Below, in pieces: positions 20,392 to 31,061 of a stretch of 64,000 nucleotides of DNA (the first letter of the stretch is position 1; every line of letters starts with the position of its first letter). Both the position numbers and the translations under genes were made by a program. The notes beneath the pieces are model-generated. The model ran no database searches. It worked only from the letters and a program-made list of their open reading frames with translations, and was not told the origin of the DNA. The stretch comes from an uncultured Eubacteriales bacterium (GTDB lineage: Bacteria > Bacillota > Clostridia > TANB77 > CAG-508): contig CASEIV010000005.1 in assembly GCA_949288175.1 (NCBI GenBank), positions 8,191-72,190 on the forward strand, written 5' to 3'.

Positions 20392-21318
20392 GTGATGAAA
20401 ATGAATATTGTTCCTACAAATGTTTTATACAATTCTTATCTATTAAGACAAAATCTGATTTTATTAAATCTTACATATCCTTTCTTAAATATCCAAGTCG
20501 TTGGAAATAGTGTATTAGGTAAACCTATCTATGTTGTAAAATTAGGAAATGGACCAAATAAAGTCTTTTATTCTGCTTCTATACATGCCAATGAATGGAT
20601 TACTTCTGTTCTATTGATGAAGTTTATTGAAAATTATTGTGATGCTTATGTTACTGATAGTTCTCTTTATGGTTATCCTATCAGACAACTTTTTAACAGT
20701 ACTTCTATTTATATCATGCCTATGGTAAATCCTGATGGTGTTGATTTAGTCAATGGTAATATAAGTCAAAATTCTACTGCTTATCGAAATGCAGTTTCCA
20801 TTAGCAATCGTTTTCCTGATATACCATTTCCCTCTGGTTGGAAAGCCAATATCAATGGTGTAGACTTAAATCTGCAATTTCCTGCTGGTTGGGAACAAGC
20901 CAAAGAAATTAAATATGTGCAAGGATTTACTCAACCTGCACCTCGTGATTTTGTTGGTTTTGGTCCTTTAACAGAGCCAGAGGCTTTAGCCATTTATAAT
21001 TTTACTCTAATGCATGATTTTAAATTAGTACTTGCTTATCATACACAAGGGCAAGAAATTTATTGGCAATTTCAAAATTTCAATCCACCAAATAGTTTAG
21101 AAATTGGTCAAAGATTAGCCGAAGCAAGTGGATATAGACTTGCCGAGACGCCATACAATTCTAGTTTTGCAGGATACAAGGATTGGTTTATTCAAAATTA
21201 TAATCGACCTGGATATACCATTGAGGCAGGAATTGGAGAAAACCCACTTCCGCTTTCACAGTTTGATGAAATTTATAATGATAATATTGGTATTCTCATT
21301 TTAAGTGCTATTTTATAA
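20392..21318 (+). CDS. M14 gamma-D-glutamyl-meso-diaminopimelate peptidase-like protein
   Basis: HANEW, PMVNPDG, NGVDLN, AYHTQG, YTIE zinc-carboxypeptidase motifs. Confidence 0.88.
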   Translation: MMKMNIVPTNVLYNSYLLRQNLILLNLTYPFLNIQVVGNSVLGKPIYVVKLGNGPNKVFYSASIHANEWITSVLLMKFIENYCDAYVTDSSLYGYPIRQLFNSTSIYIMPMVNPDGVDLVNGNISQNSTAYRNAVSISNRFPDIPFPSGWKANINGVDLNLQFPAGWEQAKEIKYVQGFTQPAPRDFVGFGPLTEPEALAIYNFTLMHDFKLVLAYHTQGQEIYWQFQNFNPPNSLEIGQRLAEASGYRLAETPYNSSFAGYKDWFIQNYNRPGYTIEAGIGENPLPLSQFDEIYNDNIGILILSAIL

Positions 21319-21393
21319 TATTTTATTATATAGCAAAAAATACTAAGTATCACTTTTGATTACTTAGTATTTTTCATTTTAAATTTTATTTAT

Positions 21394-21852
21394 TTAATAT
21401 TCTTTCAAATGATATCTCACCAATTTTTCTCCATCATATTCAAATTTTACAGAGAAAAATCCGCTATTCTTTTGTAATTTATCCATAAAAATATGATCTC
21501 CTGCCCAAGTAGGTAATGTATTTACTTTTTCTTTCTCTATCCATTCTAAGTCACCTTCATCACATTCTATTATATTTCCTTCAAATTCAGTTGCAGTAAA
21601 TACATACATATATTCTGTTTCCCATTTGTTAGATATATATGTTACAATTCCTCTTAATTGATAGTTTTTTAGTGTAAGTCCAGTTTCTTCTTTCACTTCT
21701 CTTACAATACATTCTTCTGGACTTTCTCCTTCTTCGAATCTGCCACCAACACCTAACCATTTATTTTTATTAATATCTTTCTTCTTTTTCGTTCTATGTA
21801 ACATCAAGTATTTACCATCTTTTTCTATATAGCATAAGGTGGAAAGAATCAT
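21394..21852 (-). CDS. NUDIX hydrolase (8-oxo-dGTPase, MutX-like)
   Basis: GGRFEEGESPEECIVREVKEETGL Nudix box. Confidence 0.9.
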   Translation of the reverse strand: MILSTLCYIEKDGKYLMLHRTKKKKDINKNKWLGVGGRFEEGESPEECIVREVKEETGLTLKNYQLRGIVTYISNKWETEYMYVFTATEFEGNIIECDEGDLEWIEKEKVNTLPTWAGDHIFMDKLQKNSGFFSVKFEYDGEKLVRYHLKEY

Positions 21853-21883
21853 ATTATACCTCCTCTTTCATTCTCCAATAGTT

Positions 21884-22456
21884 TTATCTTATAATTTTGT
21901 AATTTTTCTTTACTCTTCGTTTTCCTAATGTTGCATTATATATTTCAAAAAAGTATTTTATGGCTTTTTCATCTAAAAATTCATTTTTTGAACATGGTAA
22001 AATATATGGTGAATATATAATTTTGTATAATTCTAAATCAAATCCCATTTTACGAAATCCTAAATTTTCATAAAATTTTGCTCTTTTTTGCCTAACTTGA
22101 TTTTCTTCATCACTTTTACCTTGTCCAATCTTTTCAATTTCTATAAATATACCTTCATAGTCTTTATATAATTCTTTTAACAATTTTATCGCATTTGTGC
22201 CATACCCCTTGTTTCGATATTCCGATAAAATAGCAATATACTCTAATTGCACATAAGGATTATCTTTTTGAAAATTTGTTATAACAAAGCCAACAAAATG
22301 CTCTTCTTCTATAATTTCAATGATATCTGTAATGTGATGATTATATGATTTTTTTAGAGTCATATATAATTTTCTTTCCAGTCTTGGAAATATTTTTTTA
22401 TATTCTCTAAATATAACTTTTTTAAATTCTTTTATATCCACTTTTTTTAGATACAT
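21884..22456 (-). CDS. GNAT acetyltransferase
   Basis: YRNKGYGT, FYENLGF. Confidence 0.85.
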   Translation of the reverse strand: MYLKKVDIKEFKKVIFREYKKIFPRLERKLYMTLKKSYNHHITDIIEIIEEEHFVGFVITNFQKDNPYVQLEYIAILSEYRNKGYGTNAIKLLKELYKDYEGIFIEIEKIGQGKSDEENQVRQKRAKFYENLGFRKMGFDLELYKIIYSPYILPCSKNEFLDEKAIKYFFEIYNATLGKRRVKKNYKIIR

Positions 22457-22457
22457 A

Positions 22458-23564
22458 TTAATTTTCCTCCATGTTCTCTATTACTTTTTCTATCCTTTTT
22501 ATAAATGTATCCTTATCACTTAATGCTTTTATAAATTTCTTTTTTGCAATTTCAAATTCTTCATCATATAGATAAGTTTTCGCATATCCATTTGGTCCAT
22601 ATTTCTCATTTAGATGTTCATATACTTTTTGTATTCGTTTCTTTTTAGGGATGCTAGGAAAATTATTGATATAATAAGTATATGCTCTTTTTATAGAAAT
22701 ATCTATACTTTTTATAGTTCTATCAGCAGTACTGACAATCTTTCCATATATACTTCTCGGTTCATGATTACTTGATGCTCTATGATCTTCAATGGCTTCT
22801 TTTATAATTTGGATTTCTTCTTCCATAAACCATTTCTTTATTTGGTTATCCTTCATAAAAATATCCGCTGATAATTTCTCGTGTATTTTTGGATTAATGT
22901 AATGCCCCAAATCATGATAAGCTGCCACAGTATATACCATATTTTTATTCACTTCATATTCTTTTGCAATATTCAGACTTCTGTTAATAACTGTATGAAT
23001 ATGGTTAATACCATGAGATGCTTCATTTCTTGTATACAAAGGAAAAATTTCTGTTTCTATATATGTTTTTAATTCTGGATTTATTTCATCATCAATTGTT
23101 TCAAATTTCGTTTCTAATATATTTTCATCTTCATCTACTTTTGCATATGTATTTATTCTATTTTTATCATCTAATAGATAAGAAATATATGGCTTTTCTA
23201 AAAGAAGAATTATTGCTAATCGTTTTTCTTTACCTAATAATTCTGATATTTCTATCCATTGAGAAGTGTTTTCTTTAAAATCTTGTGGTACTCCCTCATA
23301 TGTATTGGTTCGAAAAAGATCAAAATAAAATTTTCTATCTGGATATTCTAGTGTCATTTTTCCTTTATAGGTCAGATTTTTTATATCCATTCCTGTTTCT
23401 TCTTTAAATTCTCTGATTGCTGTATCTCTTGGATATTCCTTTTCTTCTATCTTTCCTCCTGGAATTTCATAATATCCTGCTTTTGGATTTTTCTCTTTAT
23501 ATTTTGTTACCACAACTTTTTCATTTTCAATTAAAAAGCAACGTACAGCATGTCTTTCTTTCAT
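22458..23564 (-). CDS. NUDIX-HD domain fusion protein
   Basis: PGGKIEEKEYPRDTAIREFKEETG plus H...YHD...DH...D HD motifs. Confidence 0.85.
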   Translation of the reverse strand: MKERHAVRCFLIENEKVVVTKYKEKNPKAGYYEIPGGKIEEKEYPRDTAIREFKEETGMDIKNLTYKGKMTLEYPDRKFYFDLFRTNTYEGVPQDFKENTSQWIEISELLGKEKRLAIILLLEKPYISYLLDDKNRINTYAKVDEDENILETKFETIDDEINPELKTYIETEIFPLYTRNEASHGINHIHTVINRSLNIAKEYEVNKNMVYTVAAYHDLGHYINPKIHEKLSADIFMKDNQIKKWFMEEEIQIIKEAIEDHRASSNHEPRSIYGKIVSTADRTIKSIDISIKRAYTYYINNFPSIPKKKRIQKVYEHLNEKYGPNGYAKTYLYDEEFEIAKKKFIKALSDKDTFIKRIEKVIENMEEN

Positions 23565-23671
23565 GATAACTTTCTCCTCTTTTTCTTTTTCTATTTACTA
23601 TATGTATATCATATTTCCATATTTTTTTCTATAATTATATGTTGTTTTATAAAATTTGATTATAAATAACA

Positions 23672-23915
23672 TTACGGTTCAGACCCAAACGCAGGAAAAG
23701 TTATATATATTATTTTGAAATATCGCGTAAGCGATCAAACGAGCAAAAGCGAGTGCGATTGGAGCAACCTTCACACGTTGAAAATTAAATTTTTAGCTAA
23801 GATTAAATTTATTTAAGACTAGCTAAAAATTTAATTTTCAACATGAGTGGTTGCGACACACAAGATATGAAAAATAATATATATAACTTTTCTTGCGTTT
23901 GGGTCTGAACCGTAA
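23672..23915. repeat. Structured palindromic repeat element, copy 2
   Basis: ~45-bp terminal IR, same core as 4218..4371, plus an internal AT-rich hairpin insert. Confidence 0.8.
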
Positions 23916-23955
23916 CTAAATAATTCAAAAAAAGAAGTTCAAAATTGAACTCCTT

Positions 23956-25626
23956 TTAGAAAATTCCTACTACTTCTCCATTTTCGTCTATATCAATACT
24001 TTCTGCTGCTGGTACTCTTGGTAATCCTGGCATTGTCATAATTTTTCCTGCAAGTGCTACAATAAATCCTGCGCCAGTCTTTAATTCTAAATCTCTAATC
24101 GTAATATTGTATTCATCTTTACACTCTAAATTTTTAGGGTCATCTGAGAAAGAATATTGTGTTTTTGCAATACATACTGGAAGATTTGCATATCCCAATT
24201 TTTCAATTCTTTCTATTTCTTTTTGTGCTGCTTCTTCAAATACAACACCTTTTGCCCCATAAATCTTTGTTGCCACTTTTTCTATTTTTTCTTTAATTCC
24301 TTCATTTAATTCATACATATATTGGAAGTTCTCGTCTTTTTCTGTTAAGTCTACTAATTTTTGAGCAATATCGATAGCACCTTCTCCACCTTTTGCCCAA
24401 CCTTCTACTAAACTTAATTCTACACCTTTTTCCTCTAAATGTTTTCTTAAACATTCAATTTCTGCTTCTGTATCAGAAGTAAATCTGTTAATCGCTACGA
24501 TTACATTTAATCCAAATTTATCTTTGATATTCGCAATATGTCTATATAGGTTGTCTAATCCTTTTTCAAGACCTTCGATATTTTCTTCTTGAATTTTATC
24601 TTTTTCAATTCCACCATGATATTTTAATGCTTTTATGGTTGCTACAATCACAACTGCATCTGGTCTAATTCCTGCTTTTCTACATTTAATATCTAGGAAT
24701 TTTTCTGCTCCTAAATCTGCTCCAAATCCTGCTTCTGTAATTGTATAGTCTGCTAATTTTAAAGCAAGTTTTGTTGCTACAATACTATTACATCCATGTG
24801 CAATATTGGCAAATGGTCCTCCGTGAATAATTGCTGGTGTATGTTCTAAAGTTTGCACCAAATTTGGTTTGATGGCATCTTTTAATAATACTGCCATTGC
24901 TCCTTGTGCATTTAAGTCTTTTGCAAAAATTGGTTTATCTTCTTCATTATATCCAATTAAGATATTTCCTAATTTTTCTTTTAAATCTTTTATATTTTCT
25001 GATAAGCATAATACAGCCATAATTTCAGAAGCTACTGTTATATCAAATTTATCTCTTCTTGGCACAATTTTGCTTTCTCCTGAAAGTCCAGTATCTACCA
25101 CTCTTAATTGTCTATCATTTAAATCTACACATCTTTTCCAAACCACTTCTTTAAATTTTAGTTCATTTCCAAAATAAATATGGTTATCAATTAAACTTGC
25201 TAATAGATTGTTAGCAGCTGTGATGGCATGAATATCTCCTGTAAAATGTAGATTAATATCTTCCATTGGTGCTACCTGTACTCTTCCTCCACCTGTTGCT
25301 CCACCTTTGATTCCAAACACAGGTCCTAAAGATGGTTCTCTTAATGCTAAAATAGATTTCTTATTTATTTTTCTTAATCCATCAGCGATGGCAATAGACA
25401 TTGTTGTTTTTCCTTCTCCTAATGGTGTTGGACTAATTGCCGTTACTAATATCAACTTTCCATTTTTTCTATCTTTTACTTTTTCATATAACTCTGAAGA
25501 AAATTTTGCTTTATATTTTCCATATAATTCTAAATCCTCTTCTTCTACATCTACTTTTTTGGCAACATCTACAATATTGTCTAATTTTGTATTTCTTGCA
25601 ATTTCAATATCTGTCATTTTTTTCAC
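23956..25626 (-). CDS. fhs: Formate-tetrahydrofolate ligase
   Basis: TPLGEGKTT, KGGATGGG, HGGPFANIAHG, MTMPGLP. Confidence 0.97.
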   Translation of the reverse strand: MKKMTDIEIARNTKLDNIVDVAKKVDVEEEDLELYGKYKAKFSSELYEKVKDRKNGKLILVTAISPTPLGEGKTTMSIAIADGLRKINKKSILALREPSLGPVFGIKGGATGGGRVQVAPMEDINLHFTGDIHAITAANNLLASLIDNHIYFGNELKFKEVVWKRCVDLNDRQLRVVDTGLSGESKIVPRRDKFDITVASEIMAVLCLSENIKDLKEKLGNILIGYNEEDKPIFAKDLNAQGAMAVLLKDAIKPNLVQTLEHTPAIIHGGPFANIAHGCNSIVATKLALKLADYTITEAGFGADLGAEKFLDIKCRKAGIRPDAVVIVATIKALKYHGGIEKDKIQEENIEGLEKGLDNLYRHIANIKDKFGLNVIVAINRFTSDTEAEIECLRKHLEEKGVELSLVEGWAKGGEGAIDIAQKLVDLTEKDENFQYMYELNEGIKEKIEKVATKIYGAKGVVFEEAAQKEIERIEKLGYANLPVCIAKTQYSFSDDPKNLECKDEYNITIRDLELKTGAGFIVALAGKIMTMPGLPRVPAAESIDIDENGEVVGIF

Positions 25627-25729
25627 TCCTTTTATTATTTATTTCAAAATTCCTTTTAAGATATAATTTTACGCAAGTAAAATTGTGTGCAATTGTTAGA
25701 GCAAAATGTTTTCATTCCCCCTTTACTTT

Positions 25730-26203
25730 TTAATCTACAATGACTTGTTGATTTTCCAGGTATTTATCTAAATGCCTTAAAACTGGAACATCTAAATTTA
25801 TTAAGTTATTTGGTAAATTGTGTACATCAAACCATTTACATTCTGTTACTTCATGGTCATTAAAATTTATCGTTCCTTCATATTCTTCACAGAAAAACAC
25901 ATGATTCACAATATAAACTTCATCTTTATTAGGATATACATGATATGTTTTTTCGCCAGAAAAGATTCCATATAATTTTGGATTTATAGGAATTATATTC
26001 ATTTCTTCTTTCAGCTCTCTATTTAATGCATCTATATAGGTTTCTCCTAGTTCCATTCCGCCTCCATGTATGCCCCAATTCCCATCATCTGCTCGTTTTT
26101 GTAATAATATTTTATTGTCTTTGCATATTATCAATCCTATTGCAGACACAACAATTGGTTTATGTCCTATTTTTTCTCTCATATCTTTTATATAATTTTT
26201 CAT
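25730..26203 (-). CDS. NUDIX hydrolase
   Basis: GGGMELGETYIDALNRELKEE. Confidence 0.88.
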   Translation of the reverse strand: MKNYIKDMREKIGHKPIVVSAIGLIICKDNKILLQKRADDGNWGIHGGGMELGETYIDALNRELKEEMNIIPINPKLYGIFSGEKTYHVYPNKDEVYIVNHVFFCEEYEGTINFNDHEVTECKWFDVHNLPNNLINLDVPVLRHLDKYLENQQVIVD

Positions 26204-26273
26204 TTTGTACTCCTATATATAAATTTCTATTATCCCTATTACTAGATGTTCTCTTATAAAATCTTAAATATTT

Positions 26274-27147
26274 TCATCTACCTTCTTTAAAAGGATTCGG
26301 TATCTCTTTTCCTTGGCTTAAGTCTTTAATTTCTGTTTCTGTTAATCCAGTAATTTGCATAATATCTTCTATATTTTCTTTTTGATTTAACATTTCTTTT
26401 GCTAACCTTTTTCTTTTTAGTGTTTCTAATTGATTTAATATCCCTTCAAATATTTCTTTTTGTATTTGTGTAAATTGCTCGCTCTCTATTCCTACTTTTA
26501 CTCCACTTATAGCTGATTGTATGTCATCAAATAAAATACATGCTCTTACATATGTAGTCATATGGGAATAACTTTTTGTTTCTTCGCTAATTCTTTTCAT
26601 GAATACTAATTCTTTTTCTTCTAACGTACCATCTTCTATTTTTCTCTTACATTCATCCATATAGGATTTTTCCTCTATTTCTTTTGGCGTAAATTCTTGT
26701 GTTAATCCTTCTTTATTAAGTTTTTGAATATCCCTCTCTATTGTTGAAATATGACATCCCAGTATTTTTGCTATTTCTACTTGTGTCTTTTCATATATAT
26801 ATAATAGCCTTCTAACATTTTTCAGTCGCTCCTCCATTTTTTGTGTTTCTCCTCTGTATTTGTATTGTATCTCTCCTTTGTTAGTTAAATATATTATATC
26901 TCTATTTATCGTATCAATATCACTTTCTAATATTCTTGCTATTTCATTTGGAGTTTTTCCATCTAAATACATTTGTCTAACATCTTTTCTTCGTTCTATT
27001 GCATTTCTTTCTCTGTCTGTAAAAATTCTCTCTTTTTTTCTCAAATAACCGTCTAACTTCCTGACGAGAAATTTTTAAAGCTTTTGATATTTCAATTGGT
27101 GTTTTGCCACTTTCATATAGCATATTTACTTGCTCTTCTATTTCCAT
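26274..27147 (-). CDS. Multi-HTH-repeat protein (~290 aa) with +1 shift at CGGT 27051-27048
   Basis: RBS and ATG at 27147 give MEIEEQVNMLYESGKTPIEISKALKISRQEVR, then C+GGT TAT TTG joins ORF 26274..27044. The N-terminal piece resembles the internal repeat MYLDGKTPNEIARIL. Confidence 0.75.
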
Positions 27148-27171
27148 TATTTCACACCTTCTTTTATTATC

Positions 27172-27612
27172 TTATATAATCAATCCTGCTACAATACCGA
27201 TTAATGCTCCAACAAGTACTTGCACTGGTGTATGACCTAAAACCTCCACTAATCTTTCTGATACTTGCACACCTGTAAGTCCTGGTGTTTCTACTAATTT
27301 GTTTAATAAAGCTGCTTGCTTTCCTGCTGCTCTTCTAACTCCACAGGCATCATACATAACCACAAATGCAACAACAAATGACAAAGCAAAGATAGCTGTG
27401 TCTACACCTTCATATTTTCCAATCAATGTTGCTATACTTGTCACAACTGCTGAATGTGAACTAGGCATTCCTCCAGCACCTAAAATTCTTTTAAAATTAA
27501 ATTTCTTTGTTTTTACCAAATCATATAGTAATTTGAATAATTGTATACAAAACCACAATAACAGTGGTACATATATATATTTATTCTGAATAAATTGCAT
27601 AAATCCATTCAT
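27172..27612 (-). CDS. Divergent PAP2 family protein (DUF212)
   Basis: GGMPSSHSA, VMYDACGVRR, LGHTP. Confidence 0.92.
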   Translation of the reverse strand: MNGFMQFIQNKYIYVPLLLWFCIQLFKLLYDLVKTKKFNFKRILGAGGMPSSHSAVVTSIATLIGKYEGVDTAIFALSFVVAFVVMYDACGVRRAAGKQAALLNKLVETPGLTGVQVSERLVEVLGHTPVQVLVGALIGIVAGLII

Positions 27613-27636
27613 TCTTAAAAAACTCCCCCTTACACT

Positions 27637-27858
27637 TTATTCGGTTTCAAAGTTTTCTTCTTTCTTTTCACCGTTTTCATCAGTTAGTAATATTGTTATT
27701 TTCTTTTCTGCATTTTCTAACATTTTATTACATTCTTTTGAAATTTTCATTCCTTCTTCAAATTTTACCACAGAATCATCTAAATTTAAATTTCCATTTT
27801 CCAATTCATTAATAATTTTTTCTAATTCTTGAATTTGTTCTTCAAAACTCTTTTTCAT
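27637..27858 (-). CDS. xseB: Exodeoxyribonuclease VII small subunit
   Basis: SFEE...LE.I...LE.G.L.LDDSV..FEEG. Confidence 0.95.
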   Translation of the reverse strand: MKKSFEEQIQELEKIINELENGNLNLDDSVVKFEEGMKISKECNKMLENAEKKITILLTDENGEKKEENFETE

Positions 27859-27949
27859 TCTTATCTCCTATCTTTTTATTATAAAGAACAATTAGCTTTT
27901 GTCTATTCTATGTAAATTTTTCCTATTCAACAAAGTTAATCTTCTTTTC

Positions 27950-28448
27950 CTATTGTGTAACTGTATTTGTAGATATATCTACTGTATACCATGTCAAAAC
28001 TGCTGTTGTTTCTGCATCATTTACAGATACATGATAAATTGTTCCTTCTTTATTTGCAATATTAAAGGTTACTCCTTGGTCTGTCCCATATTCATTTTTT
28101 ACAAGTTCAATAACTTTTTCTTCTTCTGTTTGTTCTGTATTTACTGTTTGTTGTTCTTCACTTCCTACATAATCACTGTTCATTTCTTCTTCTGTTACAT
28201 TTGGTTGTATGCTAGGAGTCACAGGTTCATTTACTACATTTTCTGTATCTGCCTCATTTTCTACATTGGTTTCATTTTCTTCTACTGTATTCGTTTGGGT
28301 TGTTTGATTCAAATCTATTTCATTAATAATGTTTTGATTATCTCCGTGTATCTTCTTGTCTATTATATAGACTATAACAAGCCATTCCTATCATGATAAC
28401 TAACAATATAATCGTAATTGTCATTAGTACTTTTTCTTTTATTCCCAT
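27950..28448 (-). CDS. Membrane-anchored hypothetical protein (~165 aa) with +1 shift at CGGA 28346-28343
   Basis: ATG 28448 encodes a TM anchor MGIKEKVLMTITIILLVIMIGMACYSLYNRQEDT, then CGG AGA TAA; the +1 frame GDNQNIINEIDLNQTTQ joins ORF 27950..28312. Confidence 0.75.
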
Positions 28449-28476
28449 TGTTTCTTATCTCCTTCATTCATAATTC

Positions 28477-29670
28477 TTATATAATTTTTGCTTGTTTTTC
28501 TCCATCTTTCAATCGAATTGAAATTTCATCTTCTGTTTGTAAATCTGTTACACTCTTAACAATTTTTCCATTTTTTTCAATGATAGAATATCCTCTTGTT
28601 AAGGTTTTTAATGGACTTAATGTATCTAATTTTGATACTAACTCAATATATTTATTCTTATTTTTTTCCTTTATCTTATTAATAACATTTTCTAATTGTT
28701 TCACATAAGAATCGATTTTAATATAGTTTTCTTGAATCTTTCTTGTTGGTTCTCTAAAAACAGAACTAGACATGCATTTATCATATCGTAATTTCATGAT
28801 TTCTAGTTTTTTAGTTAATGCCATTTTTAATCGATTTTGATATGTATTAATTTTTTGTTTTACCTCATAGATATCTGGTACGGCAAGTTCTGCTGCAGCT
28901 GATGGCGTTGGTGCTCTCAAATCTGCCACAAAATCAGATATTGAAAAATCTGTTTCATGTCCTACTGCTGATATAATTGGAATTTTGGATTCATAAATAC
29001 TATGTGCAACAATTTCTTCGTTAAATGGCCATAAATCTTCTAAAGAACCACCACCTCTAGCTAAAATAATAACATCTGCTAACTGGTTTTGATTCATATA
29101 TTCAATACCTTCTGCAATTTTTTCTGCTGCGCCTTCTCCCTGAACAGGTACTGGTAGTAATCGAATATACACACTTGGATTTCTTCTTGTAGATACATTA
29201 ATAATATCTCTGATGACTGAACCTGTCTGAGAAGTTAATACACCAATTACTTTTGGCATCATTGGTATTTTTTGTTTATGAGTTTGATCAAATAATCCTT
29301 TTTTCTCTAATTCTTCTTTTAATTTTTGGTATTTGGTATATAAATCGCCTAATCCATCTTCTTCCATGACTTTTGCATAAATTTGATAAACACCATCTCT
29401 TTCAAATACAGAGACAGAGCCTAATATATATACTTTCATACCATCTTTTGGTTCAAAATTTAATTTTTGTGCATAAGATTTAAACATAATACATTTGATT
29501 AAAGAATTTTCATCTTTTAAAGTAAAATACAAATGTCCTGTATAATGGTGTTTAAAATTAGAAATTTCACCTTTTATTAAAATATTATTTAAATATTCAT
29601 CATCTGCAATCTTATTTTTTATATATTTATTTAAATCTGTTACACTAATTGCCATTTCCACATATTTCAT
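28477..29670 (-). CDS. xseA: Exodeoxyribonuclease VII large subunit
   Basis: GEISNF, GHLYFTLKD, RGGGSLEDL, SAVGHETD, TPSAAAE. Confidence 0.96.
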   Translation of the reverse strand: MKYVEMAISVTDLNKYIKNKIADDEYLNNILIKGEISNFKHHYTGHLYFTLKDENSLIKCIMFKSYAQKLNFEPKDGMKVYILGSVSVFERDGVYQIYAKVMEEDGLGDLYTKYQKLKEELEKKGLFDQTHKQKIPMMPKVIGVLTSQTGSVIRDIINVSTRRNPSVYIRLLPVPVQGEGAAEKIAEGIEYMNQNQLADVIILARGGGSLEDLWPFNEEIVAHSIYESKIPIISAVGHETDFSISDFVADLRAPTPSAAAELAVPDIYEVKQKINTYQNRLKMALTKKLEIMKLRYDKCMSSSVFREPTRKIQENYIKIDSYVKQLENVINKIKEKNKNKYIELVSKLDTLSPLKTLTRGYSIIEKNGKIVKSVTDLQTEDEISIRLKDGEKQAKII

Positions 29671-29723
29671 ATCATACTTCCTCTAACTTAAACTAGGGAT
29701 ATATAAAATATCCCTGCCTTACA

Positions 29724-30125
29724 CTATTTGTTGACAATACTTGCCAATATTCCATTTACAAAGTTTTTTGATGAATCTTCTCCGTATTTTTTCGCCAATT
29801 CTACTGCTTCATTAATAACTACTTTAAATGGGATATCTTTATATTGAATTTCATAAATAGCTAGTTTTAATATAGACAAATCAATTTTAGAAATTCTATC
29901 AATTTTCCAGTCTGATTTTAAGTTTTTCTCTATTAATCCTAAAATTTCTTCTTTGTGATTTTCAATTCCTAAAACTGCATCTTCTATATATTCCTTTGCT
30001 TCTTTATTTTCTATATTTTCACTTTCAAAATATACATTTATTTGTTCTTTTAAATCATTCTGTTTTTGTATTTCTAAACTATAAATTAATTTAAAAGCAC
30101 TTTCTCTAATTGCTGTTCTATTCAT
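29724..30125 (-). CDS. nusB: Transcription antitermination factor NusB
   Basis: W...R...[21 protein letters not shown]. Confidence 0.96.
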   Translation of the reverse strand: MNRTAIRESAFKLIYSLEIQKQNDLKEQINVYFESENIENKEAKEYIEDAVLGIENHKEEILGLIEKNLKSDWKIDRISKIDLSILKLAIYEIQYKDIPFKVVINEAVELAKKYGEDSSKNFVNGILASIVNK

Positions 30126-30137
30126 ATCAATTCCCTT

Positions 30138-30341
30138 CTACATTTTATCTATAAAACTTTTTAATTTTGTTTTTACATCTTCTTTATTTCTTTGTACATA
30201 ATTCCCAATAAATGCACCTAAAAATAACACAACAATTGCTAATATTAATTTATCTAATCCAGTAATTAAAATTAGAATTGCTATTATCACTCCAATGATT
30301 GCTCCTCTATATTGATTCCAAAAATCTTTAAAATTGTTCAT
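30138..30341 (-). CDS. DUF2273-type small membrane protein
   Basis: 67-aa two-TM protein in the asp23-amaP-nusB context. Confidence 0.75.
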   Translation of the reverse strand: MNNFKDFWNQYRGAIIGVIIAILILITGLDKLILAIVVLFLGAFIGNYVQRNKEDVKTKLKSFIDKM

Positions 30342-30420
30342 GCTTTCACAACCTTTCTACACAAAACCTAAAATTGTTATATGTGCGTCAAAATCTTTGA
30401 TTTCGTTATTACACACCTTT

Positions 30421-30972
30421 TTATGCCTCTTGTGGTTTGTCGGCAACTTTTTTAACCGTTATATTAACTTCATTTACTTCCAAATCTGTTGCCTTTTTAA
30501 TTTTATCTTTTATACTTGTTTGAAGTTTTGCAGATAAATCTTTTATAACTGCTTCTGAACTCACAATTAGATTTGCATATACTTTTACATTATTATCTTT
30601 GTCTAGTTCTACTCTTGTTGTCACATCTTCTGTACTTTCAAATCCTTTTGCTACTGAGTTTACCAAATTTTCAATAGTTTCTTTAGAAATCATTAATTTA
30701 CCACTTTCATTTTCTAATAGTACGCCTTGTCTTTCTTTGATTTGCTCTTTTGAAGTTGAATCAAAGAATATACATTTTATAGAAAGTAAGATAAATACAA
30801 CACTAACTCCTAATATAACTTTGCTCCATACATCACTTGTAAGCGCACCATTTATAATTCCTCCAACTAATTCTGCATCTAACCATCCAAATACTAATAG
30901 ACATGCTAAAATAGATATTATTAACATGACATATGAATATATAATTAATGTAATCTTTTCTAAAATTTTCAT
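30421..30972 (-). CDS. amaP: Alkaline shock response membrane anchor AmaP
   Basis: 2 TM segments plus Asp23-like domain; adjacent to asp23. Confidence 0.8.
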   Translation of the reverse strand: MKILEKITLIIYSYVMLIISILACLLVFGWLDAELVGGIINGALTSDVWSKVILGVSVVFILLSIKCIFFDSTSKEQIKERQGVLLENESGKLMISKETIENLVNSVAKGFESTEDVTTRVELDKDNNVKVYANLIVSSEAVIKDLSAKLQTSIKDKIKKATDLEVNEVNITVKKVADKPQEA

Positions 30973-31061
30973 TTCATTTCTTCTCCTTTATTTTTTATAT
31001 AATTTTTTCTTCTACTTTTATTGTTAATTCTTTTTTGTTATTAATTTCCCATTATAAGCTT

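Noticed and set aside
23672-23915. CRISPR array, T-box or hammerhead ribozyme
   Set aside because: There is no repeat-spacer periodicity, T-box motif or CUGANGA/GAAA core, and no cas genes in the window.
1060-28346. Treating the four frameshifts as independent pseudogenes or homopolymer sequencing errors
   Set aside because: None is in a homopolymer run of the inserted base. All are the same base in the same codon phase before Gly, and the genes show no other damage. A motif-specific artefact cannot be fully excluded without reads.
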